A stretch of 48,420 nt of DNA from Candidatus Bathyarchaeota archaeon (GCA_018396435.1 JAGTRG010000005.1:1-48420); one strand, 5' to 3'. Shown: positions 27,787 to 38,935, counted from the stretch's first letter. Notes: a model not told the origin generated them from the sequence alone. Numbers and translations are program-made.

Positions 27787-30684
27787 TTATTCAACATATA
27801 TTGCTGGTTTGTATGGTCTAGCCTGCTGCGCCTTACCTCTAGGATCATGTTTTTTCTGGTCCTCTTCGCTATAAACGACCACTTCAGCGTTGAACTCTTT
27901 CTCTAGGAGAGTTTTTGCATATTTTATCTCCGTCATCTCGTCAATTATGCCGGACTTTAAAAGCCTATCCTTCCTATCCTTCGGAAGCATATTGAGCTCC
28001 TCGATCAGCCGGCTTACGAACGGCGCTAGGTCTTTAGCTGCGCTCCTTAATTCATGGTCTTCCATAAGGGTCTTCATTACTTCCCTCATATCTATTATTT
28101 TAGATGCCGCTATCTCTAAAATCTTCATGTAAGCCTTCCATTTCCATTGCGCCGCGGCATAATAGTAGATTCTCTTCGGCGGAGTCTTCATTAGTCTCAG
28201 AATATTCATCGTATCGCTTATCAGATTTTTAATAAATGCTTCCGTTTCCTCGGCTTTCACGTCTACTTTAGATTCGTTGTATTCCGGCCATTCGGCGAGC
28301 GACACGAAGCCTTCATTTCCAAGCATGCTCCACATTTCCTCACATATGAATGGCGCGAAGGGTGCTAAAAGTCTAATCCATATGTTAGCAACATCCCTAA
28401 GGATCCTTGGGTTCGGTTTGTCTCTGCGTCTAATATACCATCGTATGTCGTTCCAAACCTCATATAGAGCTATTTCAGCAGCGGTTCTTGTTCTAAGGCT
28501 CTCTATGGCTTCTGTTATAGCTCGTATTCTGCCCTGCAGCATTGAAAATAACCATCGATCTATACTTTTTATCTCCTCCTCACCAGACATCTTTGTGATC
28601 TGATCCATGAATGAGTAGAGCGCTCTGAGTCTGGCATCTATGCTTCTTGCATTTTCCTCACGCCAATCCGGATCATCCATTTCCTCAGCTGCTAAAGCCA
28701 ATGTTAACCTAACAACATCGGCGCTAAAGCGGTTTATAGCATCCCTTAAGGTTAGAAAGTTTCCCTTTGATTTAGACATCTTCTGTCCCTCAATTGTTAA
28801 CACACCGTTTACGCCTACGGCTTTAGGCCATTGCTCTCTTGGGAAGAGCGCCACATGCTGGAATATGAAGAATGAGAGATGGTTTGGAACAAGCTCCTTA
28901 GCTGACACTCTGAGATCGACAGGATACCAATATAGGAACTCTTCACGCATCTCTTGGAGTATTGAAGAAGCGATGCCTGATTTCTCAATTGCCATATTTA
29001 CATCTCCCTTTCCAAGAAATACATAGTCAAAGACTTCCCTTACTAGTTGCTCCGGCTTAATGCCGTATTGCCTAATGTGCTTAGCTATCGTGTAGAAAGC
29101 CATGTAGATCGTTGAATCGCTTAATGTCTCAACTATCCATCCTGGGCTCCAGGGAAGCGGTGTGCCTAAGCCGGTTCTCCTCGCGCACGCCCAATCTCTG
29201 AGCCAATCGATCTTATCATGGAAGTATGCTTTTGCGCTCTCCGGAAAAATATTAGCTGAGTCAATTGCTTCATGAGCTAGGTTCTTCCAATCGGGATCGG
29301 AGTAACGTAGAAACCATTGGTCTGAAAGTATTTTAACCACGCATCTTGTTGTGCATCTGCATACAACTCTCTGGGGTAAATCATACATTGAATCCGCTAC
29401 ATTTGTCTTCCTAAAGTCTTCTATTATTTGAGTCTTCACATCCCTAACTGTTTTGCCAGCGTATTTACCGCATATAGGCTTTAAAATGCCGGTGTGGAAC
29501 TCTTTTCTATATATTATCGATGTTGCTTCATCAAGCTTGGGGTCAAACTGGTCTTTAACTTTAAGATGCTCAACTATTTCTACAGCTGGATAATCGCCGA
29601 AACCCTCGATACTTATCAACGAGATGGGTTTGATCCCCTTAACCGTCTCGGCTGTAATGCCGAATTTCTCCAGGGTTTCAGGCTTCTCCATCAGGTCTTT
29701 GAGAGCCACCCAATCTGCGGGTGCATGCGCTGGAACACTATAAACGACCCCGGTTGCAGATTCCGGATCAACGAACCATCCGGGAAGTATGGGGAGATCC
29801 CTGCCGCCAATAGGCTCCTTAAATTGCTTTCCGATCAGCTCCTCGCCTTTAAACTTCCTTAAAACCTCAACTTTCTTAAGTTGCTCAGAAAGCTTGTATG
29901 CCGCCTCCCTGCTTATAATCCATTTTTCACCATTAACTTTGGCCTCAACATATGTTGCATCCGGATTTATGAACATGTTTGTTACGCCGAAGATTGTTTC
30001 AGGCCTGAATGTTGCCGCTGGAAGATACCCGTCGCCAAATATGAATTTTATCAACGTATATTCCTCCGGGAACACTCCCTCGCCTTCTAAGCGGTCGTGG
30101 TCTCCAGTTGGACTTTGGCATTGTGGGCACCAAACCACTGGGTGTGTTCCCCTAGTAACATAGCCCCTCTCACGTAGAGTTTCATACTGCCACTCTATGA
30201 AGCGGCTGTATGTTTGCTCATGGCTTGTTGTATGGAATTCCCTACGCCAATCAACAGAAAATCCCATTCTCTTAACAACTTCTCTGCTCTCACGGGTGTA
30301 ATAGATTGCCATGTAAACTGGATCTGTAAACTTTTCAAGTTCCTCCTCTGGAACCCCATCGATCTCCCTTAAAGCCCTTATTAATTCTTTATCGCCCATC
30401 TTCAATCTTAGCGATGCGCCAACTATCGGCTCACCGGTCCAATGCCAAGCCCATGGGAAAAGCGTGTTATAGCCCTTCATTCTCATGAATCTGGCGTAAA
30501 CATCCACACGAGTAGCCGTAAAGCCGTGTCCCATATGCAGCGGTCCATTCATGTATGGGTAAGGGAACGTCACAAAGCACTTCTCACGTTTAGGATCCGG
30601 ATCAGCCTCAAATATGCGGGCTTCCTCCCACTCTCTCCGCCACTTTTCCTCAATTTCCCTCCAGCTTATCGAAGCCATTTTCAC
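27787..30684 (-). CDS. leuS: leucyl-tRNA synthetase (archaeal type)
   Basis: FPYPYMNGPLHMGH, ATFRPET, TGVVYSVPAHAP, KMSKSKGN. Confidence 0.97.
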   Translation of the reverse strand: MKMASISWREIEEKWRREWEEARIFEADPDPKREKCFVTFPYPYMNGPLHMGHGFTATRVDVYARFMRMKGYNTLFPWAWHWTGEPIVGASLRLKMGDKELIRALREIDGVPEEELEKFTDPVYMAIYYTRESREVVKRMGFSVDWRREFHTTSHEQTYSRFIEWQYETLRERGYVTRGTHPVVWCPQCQSPTGDHDRLEGEGVFPEEYTLIKFIFGDGYLPAATFRPETIFGVTNMFINPDATYVEAKVNGEKWIISREAAYKLSEQLKKVEVLRKFKGEELIGKQFKEPIGGRDLPILPGWFVDPESATGVVYSVPAHAPADWVALKDLMEKPETLEKFGITAETVKGIKPISLISIEGFGDYPAVEIVEHLKVKDQFDPKLDEATSIIYRKEFHTGILKPICGKYAGKTVRDVKTQIIEDFRKTNVADSMYDLPQRVVCRCTTRCVVKILSDQWFLRYSDPDWKNLAHEAIDSANIFPESAKAYFHDKIDWLRDWACARRTGLGTPLPWSPGWIVETLSDSTIYMAFYTIAKHIRQYGIKPEQLVREVFDYVFLGKGDVNMAIEKSGIASSILQEMREEFLYWYPVDLRVSAKELVPNHLSFFIFQHVALFPREQWPKAVGVNGVLTIEGQKMSKSKGNFLTLRDAINRFSADVVRLTLALAAEEMDDPDWREENARSIDARLRALYSFMDQITKMSGEEEIKSIDRWLFSMLQGRIRAITEAIESLRTRTAAEIALYEVWNDIRWYIRRRDKPNPRILRDVANIWIRLLAPFAPFICEEMWSMLGNEGFVSLAEWPEYNESKVDVKAEETEAFIKNLISDTMNILRLMKTPPKRIYYYAAAQWKWKAYMKILEIAASKIIDMREVMKTLMEDHELRSAAKDLAPFVSRLIEELNMLPKDRKDRLLKSGIIDEMTEIKYAKTLLEKEFNAEVVVYSEEDQKKHDPRGKAQQARPYKPAIYVE

Positions 30685-33458
30685 TTCCCCACAATTCTAT
30701 ATATAACTTCTTTAGCCTCCACTAAAGCTTTAGGGGAGTTTTCAACCCTTACCCCACCAGCTTGGGCGAAATCCGGTTTTCCACTTCCCCCTCCGCCAAG
30801 CGCGGAGCCTATTTTCCGAGCTATCTCAGACGCATTGACGCTGGCTTTTATAGCCTCTTCGCCGACTCTAACAACAGCCCTAGCTTCCTGGTTCACGCAT
30901 ATGAAGACAACAACAGCCCTAGAGTTCAACTTTACAATCTCATTCGCAATCTTAATAAGCAGATCCACGTCAGCTTCCTGGGCGTTAACCACCTGCGAAA
31001 TAAATTCTAAGCCACCGATACTTAATGCTGTGGCAGCGTATCTTTCAGCCATCATCTTGGCTATCTTCTCCATGAGGCGTTCCCTCTCACGGCGTAGCTC
31101 TTTATATTCATCTATAATCTTTTCGATTGTTGCATCAGCCTTCTCAACGGGGGCTTCAAGAATCTCAGCAATCTTAAGCATCTTCATCTCGTTTTCCTGT
31201 ATTCTCTTTAGGGCCAGCATTCCCGCGCTGAAGATCATCCTTTCAACGCCGTCCTGTATTCTCTCAGTGCGAACAATCTTTATTAAGCCTACTTCCCCGG
31301 TTGATTTACAATGCGTTCCGCCGCATGCTTCAACATCCCAGTCTCCAGTTCTAACAACCCTTATCTCCCTACCTGGAACAACGCCGCCTTGATAGAGCCT
31401 GAAACCGTATTTCCCCTCCGCTTCTTCCCTAGGCATCCAGAATATTTCAACGGGCATATTTCTTAAAATAGCTTCATTAGCTAGCTCTTCTATTCGAGCG
31501 ATTTCTTCTTTGCTTAACCTTTTTGGATGCGTTATGTCAAGCCTAGATTGCTCAACATCCTTCTGCGCTCCAGCCTGCCAAACATGCTCACCAAGGATCC
31601 TCCTAGCCGCCCCCATAACCAGATGCGTAGCTGTATGATGCCTCATTAGGCTTATCCGCCTATTCCAATCTATTACTCCTTTAACTTCATCACCCTCATT
31701 CGGGACGGGCCCATCAACGAAATGAACTATGAGATTGCCTACAGTCTTCCTCACGCTGTAGACCTTAGTTCTCACACCGCTAAACTCCAGAAAACCATGA
31801 TCAGATGGTTGTCCACCACCCTCTGGATAGAAGGCGGTTCTATCCAATATGACGCGGTTTCCAGAAACCCTTAAAGCCTTAGCGTTGAACTCCTTAATGT
31901 AGGCATCTGCATAGTATAATGGGTAAGTTTCAGAAAGACCAGAAACATCTATGCCTAGATCCTCAATTTCCTCAGCGGCTTTAAATGCCGGCCTTGAGGA
32001 TGCCACATGCTTCTCCGCCACGAAGCTATAAAATCCCTCAGGTACATTAACAGACATGCCCTCTAATAAGGCAACTTCTCCGACAACCTCAGGTGTCAAT
32101 CCATGGGAATCATAGAGTTCAACAAGCTTTTCAATCGGCATCTCCCTTTCACCCCTCATTTTAGCCTCACGGACAACCTTCTTCACCATATCTCTACCTC
32201 TCTCAAGGGTCTGCTCATATTTTTCAAGTTCTACCTTCAATAGCTCTAAGATTTCATCACGCATTTCTGCTAAATGGGGGAAATCAGTTGACCAATAAGA
32301 GATTTGCATGTCCACTATATCCATCATCATCTTCTCAATTAACAGATTTTTCAGCAGCCTATACGTTCTCCTAATTAATAGCCTAGCTAAGTAGCCCTCC
32401 TCAACGTTTGACGGGACAACGCCCTCGGCGAGCATAAAAGCCAAACACTTCGTATGATCCGTTACGGCGAAAGCGTCAACTATGGGATTCATGATACGCT
32501 GTAAATCACCTAAATCAAAGCCTAGGTTAGATGCTATTCTCCTCCAGTTTTCAGCCCGACTTACAGTTTTAGATATGCTTATTAAACCTGAAGCCTTAGA
32601 GAACTCCGCTAAAATTTTCTCGTCTAAAGTGCCTATTCCAGCCAAATTCATGATCCTGCCAAGCAGATTTCCGTAAACCGCATGGAAGCAGCTCGATGAG
32701 CCTTGGGAAAGCCACGTAAACCTCTCAATCCCGTAACCAGTATCAACCGTCCTTATTGGCAACTCAATTAACTTATCGCCCACAACCTTATATCTCATGA
32801 AAACCAGAGTTGCAACCTCTAATCCGCCTACCACGCTCTCAACGTCTGGACCGGCGTTTCCGCCGCCTGACCATATTCCCTCCTTATAAATTATGTATTC
32901 CGATTTAACGCCTAGATCCCTCGTTAAGAATTCATGATGGTATCTTAATGTTTCATCTTTCCAGTAAACCTCTTTATCCGGGTAGTTAAACGCGTGGTGA
33001 CCGCCCATTTCAAAGATTGTTAGATGCCTTCCAAATGTTGGACCTACATTTTCAAGGTCTGGGAACCTTATGCATGGCTGACTTATGACGAGCGGGTTAG
33101 CCGGGGGCGGAATGAGCCCCTCGGTGACATATGGTTGGAAGTCGATTATGCTGGCATTAGTGAAGTAGAGGTCGTCCCTCCATCGGGCGACAATGGGGTA
33201 GGGCTTAATGCGCCTGTGACCTCTCTTCTCAAAAAACGATAGAAAAGCTTCCCGCATTTCACCCAGCGTATAAGATTTCCGAACTGGCGATTTGCCGATG
33301 AAGGTGTATTCTCCGCAGCCATAAATGTTCGATTCGCCGCAGAAAGTTTGATCGGCATTTAATGTCCAGAAGTATTCGCCGCATTTTGGGCAGCGCTTTC
33401 TAACATAGCCGTTTTCCAAAAAGAAAGGTAGCCGATACTCCTCCTCGGGAAACTGCAT
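30681..33458 (-). CDS. alaS: alanyl-tRNA synthetase (archaeal type)
   Basis: ARWRDD, QPCIR, FEMGGHH, VDTGYGIER, editing domain HHTATH and CGGTH, GGGSG; ATG 33458 follows GAGGAGG. Confidence 0.97.
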   Translation of the reverse strand: MQFPEEEYRLPFFLENGYVRKRCPKCGEYFWTLNADQTFCGESNIYGCGEYTFIGKSPVRKSYTLGEMREAFLSFFEKRGHRRIKPYPIVARWRDDLYFTNASIIDFQPYVTEGLIPPPANPLVISQPCIRFPDLENVGPTFGRHLTIFEMGGHHAFNYPDKEVYWKDETLRYHHEFLTRDLGVKSEYIIYKEGIWSGGGNAGPDVESVVGGLEVATLVFMRYKVVGDKLIELPIRTVDTGYGIERFTWLSQGSSSCFHAVYGNLLGRIMNLAGIGTLDEKILAEFSKASGLISISKTVSRAENWRRIASNLGFDLGDLQRIMNPIVDAFAVTDHTKCLAFMLAEGVVPSNVEEGYLARLLIRRTYRLLKNLLIEKMMMDIVDMQISYWSTDFPHLAEMRDEILELLKVELEKYEQTLERGRDMVKKVVREAKMRGEREMPIEKLVELYDSHGLTPEVVGEVALLEGMSVNVPEGFYSFVAEKHVASSRPAFKAAEEIEDLGIDVSGLSETYPLYYADAYIKEFNAKALRVSGNRVILDRTAFYPEGGGQPSDHGFLEFSGVRTKVYSVRKTVGNLIVHFVDGPVPNEGDEVKGVIDWNRRISLMRHHTATHLVMGAARRILGEHVWQAGAQKDVEQSRLDITHPKRLSKEEIARIEELANEAILRNMPVEIFWMPREEAEGKYGFRLYQGGVVPGREIRVVRTGDWDVEACGGTHCKSTGEVGLIKIVRTERIQDGVERMIFSAGMLALKRIQENEMKMLKIAEILEAPVEKADATIEKIIDEYKELRRERERLMEKIAKMMAERYAATALSIGGLEFISQVVNAQEADVDLLIKIANEIVKLNSRAVVVFICVNQEARAVVRVGEEAIKASVNASEIARKIGSALGGGGSGKPDFAQAGGVRVENSPKALVEAKEVIYRIVGK

Positions 33459-33558
33459 TAATCTCCTCCTCAAACAGTTATTAAAGTAGACGGTAAAGTT
33501 AAGAATAATTTAGGAAATACATAAATAAATATCGCTGCGGCAGCAAAATATATAAAAT

Positions 33559-33870
33559 TTACCCAAATAGGGCCGCGAGTCCTTCTAGGGCCTCCTCCTC
33601 TTTCTTCTCTTCCTTTTTCTCCTCTTTCTCCGGTTTCTCCTCTACTGGTGCCGGTGTAGGAGCGGATGGTGCTGGCACCGTCATTGGCATAAACGTTGGC
33701 GCAGACTTTAGTGCTTCATCAATGTTTATCTCAGATAGGGCCGCAACTAGGGCCTTAACCTTTATTGGATCTACATTTATCCCCGCCGCATGTAGAACCC
33801 TGGTTAAATTGTCCTCATCTATTGGTTTACCAGCTCTGTAGAGCAGCATCGCGGCATGTATATATTCCAT
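33559..33870 (-). CDS. rpl12: 50S ribosomal protein P1/L12
   Basis: MEYIHAAMLL...VKALVAAL...acidic hinge...GLAALFG. Confidence 0.96.
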   Translation of the reverse strand: MEYIHAAMLLYRAGKPIDEDNLTRVLHAAGINVDPIKVKALVAALSEINIDEALKSAPTFMPMTVPAPSAPTPAPVEEKPEKEEKKEEKKEEEALEGLAALFG

Positions 33871-34126
33871 CCTAAATCACCATCCTTCAATTATCAGCGT
33901 TTTTACTCAACCTTTCGAACATAGCTAATCTACTACTTAAAGTTTCCGCTAGGGGGACAGTACTTAAGCTGATCGGAAGATATTAAGGTGATTTTAGTGA
34001 CTATGATGAGGAGGAAGTGTTAGATGTGTGTTCGCATGTTTTAGGTAAGATTATATGTATCTGCCGCAACATTATTTAGATACAATCATGAGGTTGTATC
34101 AAGAGCATTTGGAGGTTGATGTTTGA

Positions 34127-34684
34127 TTGTTGGTTGAGGTTCGCTGGCATGGCAGAGGCGGCCAAGGCATAGTTACAGTGAGCCGTATGCTTGCCCAAGC
34201 AGCGTTGCTTGACGGCAAATACGTGCAGGCTTTTCCGGAATTCGGTCCTGAGAGAAGAGGCGCTCCGGTCACTGGATATACGAGGATATCTGATGAGCCG
34301 ATTGTAATTCACAGCCAAATATATGATCCCCACATCGTTGTCGTTGTTGATCCAACGCTTATAGGCAGCGTCAATGTGACCAGAGGTCTTGTACCTAAAG
34401 GATTGATTGTGGCTCATTTCGATAATAGTCCAGGGGATCTAAGAAAGAGGTTGGGTTCATACGACGCAAAAGTTTACACCGTTAACGCCATGAGGATAGC
34501 GCTTGATATATTGGGTAGACCAATATATAACACAGCTATGCTTGGGGCTTTACTTAGAGTTGCGCCACTAGCAAAACTGGATTCGCTTATAAAAGTTATT
34601 GAGGAAAGGTTTCCCGGACCTGTTGGTGAGAAAAATATTGCTGTAATAAAGAGGGCTTATGAGGAGGTGCAGGGAGATGAGTGA
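34127..34684 (+). CDS. porC: pyruvate/2-ketoisovalerate:ferredoxin oxidoreductase gamma subunit
   Basis: EVRWHGRGGQG, AFPEFGPERRGAPV, NTAMLGA. Confidence 0.93.
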   Translation: MLVEVRWHGRGGQGIVTVSRMLAQAALLDGKYVQAFPEFGPERRGAPVTGYTRISDEPIVIHSQIYDPHIVVVVDPTLIGSVNVTRGLVPKGLIVAHFDNSPGDLRKRLGSYDAKVYTVNAMRIALDILGRPIYNTAMLGALLRVAPLAKLDSLIKVIEERFPGPVGEKNIAVIKRAYEEVQGDE

Positions 34685-34961
34685 AATAAAATTAGGATGG
34701 AAATCCCTTCCAATAGGCGGGGTTCTGCTGGAACCAGGATCAGCGATGAAATATAAAACTGGAGATTGGCGGGCCTTCAAACCGATTATAGATCAAAAAA
34801 GATGCATAAACTGCCTTTTATGCTGGATTTACTGTCCAGACTCAGCCATAATTAGACTTGAGAAGTTCGTTGATGTAAACTATGATTACTGCAAAGGCTG
34901 TGGGGTCTGCGCAAACGAGTGCCCAGTAAAATGCATAATAATGGTGGAGGAGAAACGTTAA
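34677..34961 (+). CDS. porD: pyruvate:ferredoxin oxidoreductase delta subunit
   Basis: KTGDWR..KP, CINCLLCWIYCP, YCKGCGVCANECP; start ATG 34677. Confidence 0.93.
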   Translation: MSEIKLGWKSLPIGGVLLEPGSAMKYKTGDWRAFKPIIDQKRCINCLLCWIYCPDSAIIRLEKFVDVNYDYCKGCGVCANECPVKCIIMVEEKR

Positions 34962-36143
34962 ATGGCAAAGGTAATTGGTTTAACTGGAAATGAGGCTATA
35001 GCGTACGCTGTTAAACAATGCGATGTTGATGTTATAGCCGCCTACCCAATCACCCCCCAGACAATAATGGTTGAATTACTCAGCGAATACGTTTATAATG
35101 GTGAGATTAATGCTGAGTTTGTATGCGTTGAATCGGAGCATTCAGCCTTGTCAGCTTGCGTCGGCGCAAGCCTGACCGGTGCCAGAGTGTTCACTGCAAC
35201 AGCGAGTCAAGGTTTAGCATTGATGCATGAAATGCTTTACGTCGCTTCCGGATTAAGATGCCCAATAGTTATGGGCGTTGCGAACAGAGCCTTATCTGCC
35301 CCGCTTAATATTCACGGGGATCACTCAGACATGATGGGTTCAAGAGATTGCGGCTGGATGCAAGTTTATGCTGAAAACGCTCAGGAAGCCTATGATTGGA
35401 TAATTCAGTCGTTTAAAATAGCTGAGGATTGTAGGGTTCTGCTTCCGATAAGCGTGAACATAGATGGTTTTATTCTCTCACACTCGATGGAGAGGGTTGA
35501 AGTTTTAGAGGATGAAGATGTTTCAAGGTTCCTTCCTCCCAGAAAGCCCGTTATAACGATTGATCCAGCAAAGCCAATAACCGTTGGCGCTCTCTGTTTA
35601 CCAGACTACTACTTTGAAATGAAGCGTCAGCAAGTTCACGCCTTAAATGAGTCCTACAATGTGATACGTGAAGTTAACAGAGACTTTGAGTCTTTCACTG
35701 GGCGGAAATACGATTTGCTGGAGACATATGAAATGAGCGATGCTGATGTGGCAATAATCAGCCTAGGAAGCACGGCTGGAACAGCAAAAGCGGTGGCAAG
35801 AGATCTTAGAAGTGAGGGTAAAAAGGTTGGCGTTATAAAGCCTTGGGTTTACAGACCCTTCCCAGAGGAGGATTTAATTAAAGCCGTCGGAGACGCTGAG
35901 GCTCTGGCTGTTCTTGATAGGGCTTGCAGTTTCGGCGCGCCCTTCAATGCGCTCTGTAGTGATGTTGTAGCAGCGCTCTACCGATATGGAAAAAGCAGCG
36001 TGAAAGTCTTTAACTGCGTTTATGGCTTAGGTGGAAGGGATATTACGCCCACTGATATAAGGGCAATATTTAACGAGGCCCTTGAGGTAGCTAAAACTGG
36101 GATTGTGAAGGAGCAATTAGAATTTATAGGGGTGAGGGAGTGA
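34962..36143 (+). CDS. porA: pyruvate:ferredoxin oxidoreductase alpha subunit
   Basis: AYPITPQT, VESEHSA, TATASQG, GLGGRD. Confidence 0.94.
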   Translation: MAKVIGLTGNEAIAYAVKQCDVDVIAAYPITPQTIMVELLSEYVYNGEINAEFVCVESEHSALSACVGASLTGARVFTATASQGLALMHEMLYVASGLRCPIVMGVANRALSAPLNIHGDHSDMMGSRDCGWMQVYAENAQEAYDWIIQSFKIAEDCRVLLPISVNIDGFILSHSMERVEVLEDEDVSRFLPPRKPVITIDPAKPITVGALCLPDYYFEMKRQQVHALNESYNVIREVNRDFESFTGRKYDLLETYEMSDADVAIISLGSTAGTAKAVARDLRSEGKKVGVIKPWVYRPFPEEDLIKAVGDAEALAVLDRACSFGAPFNALCSDVVAALYRYGKSSVKVFNCVYGLGGRDITPTDIRAIFNEALEVAKTGIVKEQLEFIGVRE

Positions 36144-37066
36144 TGGTTAGGCTTAATGAATTACCGGTTGAAGAACTTTTCACATCGGGGCATAGACTCT
36201 GTGCTGGATGCGGGGCTGGAACAATAATGAGGATGACCCTGAAAGCCGCTCGAGGACCGACAGTTGTGGTGAACGCAACTGGATGCGTTGAAGTTGCCTC
36301 AACGATATATCCCTATACATCATGGAAGGTCTCATGGGTTCATGTAGCGTTCGAGAACGCTGCGGCTGTGGCATCTGGAATTGAGGCCGCCTATAAGGCG
36401 CTGAGAAGGAAAGGCCTTTGGGACAAACATGTGGACGTGATAGCAATAGCTGGCGACGGAGGAACATTCGACATCGGTATACAAGCTCTTTCAGGAGCTC
36501 TGGAAAGGGGGCATGACTTCCTATATATATGTTACGATAATGAAGCCTACATGAACACTGGGATTCAGAGGTCCGGTGCAACGCCCCATGGGGCTGCGAC
36601 AACAACAAGCCCGGCGGGAAGGAGGATCCCTGGCAAACCAGAGTTTAAGAAGGATTTGATAGGAATATGCGCGGCTCATGGAATAGAATATGCCGCTACA
36701 GCTTCGCCAGCATATTGGAATGATTATATAACGAAGGTTCAGAGGGGCCTGGAGGTTGAGGGTCCAGCGGTTATTCATGTCTTTTCACCATGCCCGCTAG
36801 GCATGAGGTTCGATTCCTCTAAGAGCATGGAGGTCGCTAGGCTGGCTGTTCAAACGCGATATTGGCCTGTATATGAGGTTGAGAAGGGCAAATACAAACT
36901 TAACATCAAGGTTCCGCAGCCGAAGCCGCTGGTTGATTTCCTCAAGATACAGGGAAGGTTCAGCCATCTATTCCAGCCCGAGTTTCAGCATGAGATTGAA
37001 GCTCTGCAGAGATGGGTTGATGAAAACTGGAGTAGAATAGCATCTCTTTGTGGAGAGACAGCGTAG
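36140..37066 (+). CDS. porB: pyruvate:ferredoxin oxidoreductase beta subunit
   Basis: GHRLCAGCG, TGC, GDGG TPP motif, DNEAYMNTGIQRS. Confidence 0.94.
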   Translation: MMVRLNELPVEELFTSGHRLCAGCGAGTIMRMTLKAARGPTVVVNATGCVEVASTIYPYTSWKVSWVHVAFENAAAVASGIEAAYKALRRKGLWDKHVDVIAIAGDGGTFDIGIQALSGALERGHDFLYICYDNEAYMNTGIQRSGATPHGAATTTSPAGRRIPGKPEFKKDLIGICAAHGIEYAATASPAYWNDYITKVQRGLEVEGPAVIHVFSPCPLGMRFDSSKSMEVARLAVQTRYWPVYEVEKGKYKLNIKVPQPKPLVDFLKIQGRFSHLFQPEFQHEIEALQRWVDENWSRIASLCGETA

Positions 37067-37081
37067 GCAAAAGCGTTTCGA

Positions 37082-38389
37082 TCAGCGCCTCAGCAAGTCT
37101 AGAGATATCCTTTCAGACTCACTTATAATTTCAAGTTCATTCACAGTTTTTATTTCTCTCTCCTCCATAATGATTCTTCCATCAACTATAACCGTGCTGA
37201 CATCGCTTCCACGTGCAGAGTAAACTAACGCCGCGTATGGATCATGCAGCGGGGTTAAGTGAGGCTTCTTAGCATCCAACAGTATTAAATCGGCTCTTTT
37301 GCCAACCTCCAATGAGCCGATTAAACCATCAAGCCCTAAAGCTCTAGCGCCCTCTATAGTTGCCATTTTAACAATCTTCTTTGCCGGCATAATGCGCGGA
37401 TCACCATACTTGACCTTTTGCAGCAATGCAGCTGCCTTCATTGTTTCAAACATGTCTAGACTATTATTGCTCGCCGGGCCATCTGTTCCAAGCCCAACGG
37501 TTATGCCAGCGTCTAAAAGATCCTTGATTCTGGGAATCCCGGAGGCAAGCTTCATATTAGATATTGGGTTGTATGAAACTTTGACATCATGTTTAGCCAT
37601 GAGGTTGATGTCTGTGTCGGATAGATGCACACAGTGCGCTGCTAGAAGCCTTGGGCTGAGAAGACCTAGTTCACCTAAAAGTTCAACCTCGCTTTTCCCA
37701 TAGAGTTTTCTGGCAGTGGCGGTGCCGCTTTCAGTTTCAGCCAAATGCATATGTATGCCAACATCAAATTTCAAAGATTCTTCACCAATCCTCTTAAGTA
37801 GCTGCGGACTGCAAGTGTAAACGGCATGCGGTCCAAGCATCACTGAAATCCTGCCATCTTCGATCTTGCCATATTCCTTAATTATGTTAACTGCGCTTCT
37901 AAGCAGGATCCTACCAAGCATTTTACGCCCGGCCTCTATTATTCCGGGCGATAAGACACATCTTAAACCCGTTTTAATAACGGCTTTCGCAACCATATTC
38001 TCATGAAAATACATGTCTGAAAAACATGTTGTTCCACTCTTTATCATCTCAATGCAGCCAAGCAGTGTCCCATAATAGATGTCTCGAGGCTTCAGTTTGG
38101 CTTCAAGAGGCCATATTGTCTCTCTTAACCATGTGTCTAATTCCTTATCTTCAGCTATGCCTCTAAGTAGGGTCATCGCTGCGTGAGTGTGGCAGTTAAT
38201 CAGCCCTGGCATTGCAATCTTGCCTTCTCCATCAATAACCCTATCAGCCTCGAAGGTTGGCGCTTCAGCGTCTCTTCCAACATAAATGATCTTTCCATCC
38301 TTCAATGCGATCAGCCCCCGCCTTATTACATCTTCAGCGCCCGTTACAGTGAGAATGATGCATCCACGGATGACAATGTCCGCTTTCAA
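37082..38389 (-). CDS. mtaD: amidohydrolase, MTA/SAH deaminase-like
   Basis: PGLINCHTH, GPHAVY, HMHLAET, AHCVH, GTDGPASNN. Confidence 0.8.
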   Translation of the reverse strand: MKADIVIRGCIILTVTGAEDVIRRGLIALKDGKIIYVGRDAEAPTFEADRVIDGEGKIAMPGLINCHTHAAMTLLRGIAEDKELDTWLRETIWPLEAKLKPRDIYYGTLLGCIEMIKSGTTCFSDMYFHENMVAKAVIKTGLRCVLSPGIIEAGRKMLGRILLRSAVNIIKEYGKIEDGRISVMLGPHAVYTCSPQLLKRIGEESLKFDVGIHMHLAETESGTATARKLYGKSEVELLGELGLLSPRLLAAHCVHLSDTDINLMAKHDVKVSYNPISNMKLASGIPRIKDLLDAGITVGLGTDGPASNNSLDMFETMKAAALLQKVKYGDPRIMPAKKIVKMATIEGARALGLDGLIGSLEVGKRADLILLDAKKPHLTPLHDPYAALVYSARGSDVSTVIVDGRIIMEEREIKTVNELEIISESERISLDLLRR

Positions 38390-38595
38390 CTAGGCGCATC
38401 CTCCGCAAGGAAACAATTGAACGGCGCGGTTAATCAATTTATAGATCATCTGAAGCATGGAAATTTTAGTTTTACCCCCTTTAACTGATTATAACGTTTG
38501 ATAAGCCGCCTTCTTTATGATGGATTTTCCTAAACTTTTAAATATTTCTCAAATTATGTAATTATTGAGATCTTTAAGGAGCCAAGATCAACATA

Positions 38596-38904
38596 ATGGT
38601 TGATATTTGTCCAGTATGCGGGCTTCCAAAATACCTGTGCGTTTGCGGGGAAATAAGTAAGGAACTGCAGAAGATTAAGATACGTTTAGAGACGAGGAAA
38701 TTTCGGAAGGCAATGACTCTTATAGAAGGGATAGATGACAGAAACGTTGATTTAGGTAGACTTGCTCAGAAAATGAAAGCTTATTGCGCGTGCGGTGGCA
38801 CAGCGAAGAATGGTCAAATAATGCTGCAGGGCGATCAAAGAGAGAAGGCGTATCAGTTCCTCATCCAAACGGGTTATCCTAAGGAGAACATTGAAGTGCA
38901 ATAA
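38596..38904 (+). CDS. sui1: translation initiation factor aIF1 (SUI1)
   Basis: CPVCGLP..LCVC.EI.KE.Q, CACGGT.K, LQGD. Confidence 0.93.
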   Translation: MVDICPVCGLPKYLCVCGEISKELQKIKIRLETRKFRKAMTLIEGIDDRNVDLGRLAQKMKAYCACGGTAKNGQIMLQGDQREKAYQFLIQTGYPKENIEVQ

Positions 38905-38935
38905 ACGGTGGCGATGAAGAATCGGATGGCTCATT

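Noticed and set aside
33995-34060. ATGATGA C-box-like motif upstream of porC as a C/D sRNA
   Set aside because: No CTGA D box at a suitable distance and no terminal stem
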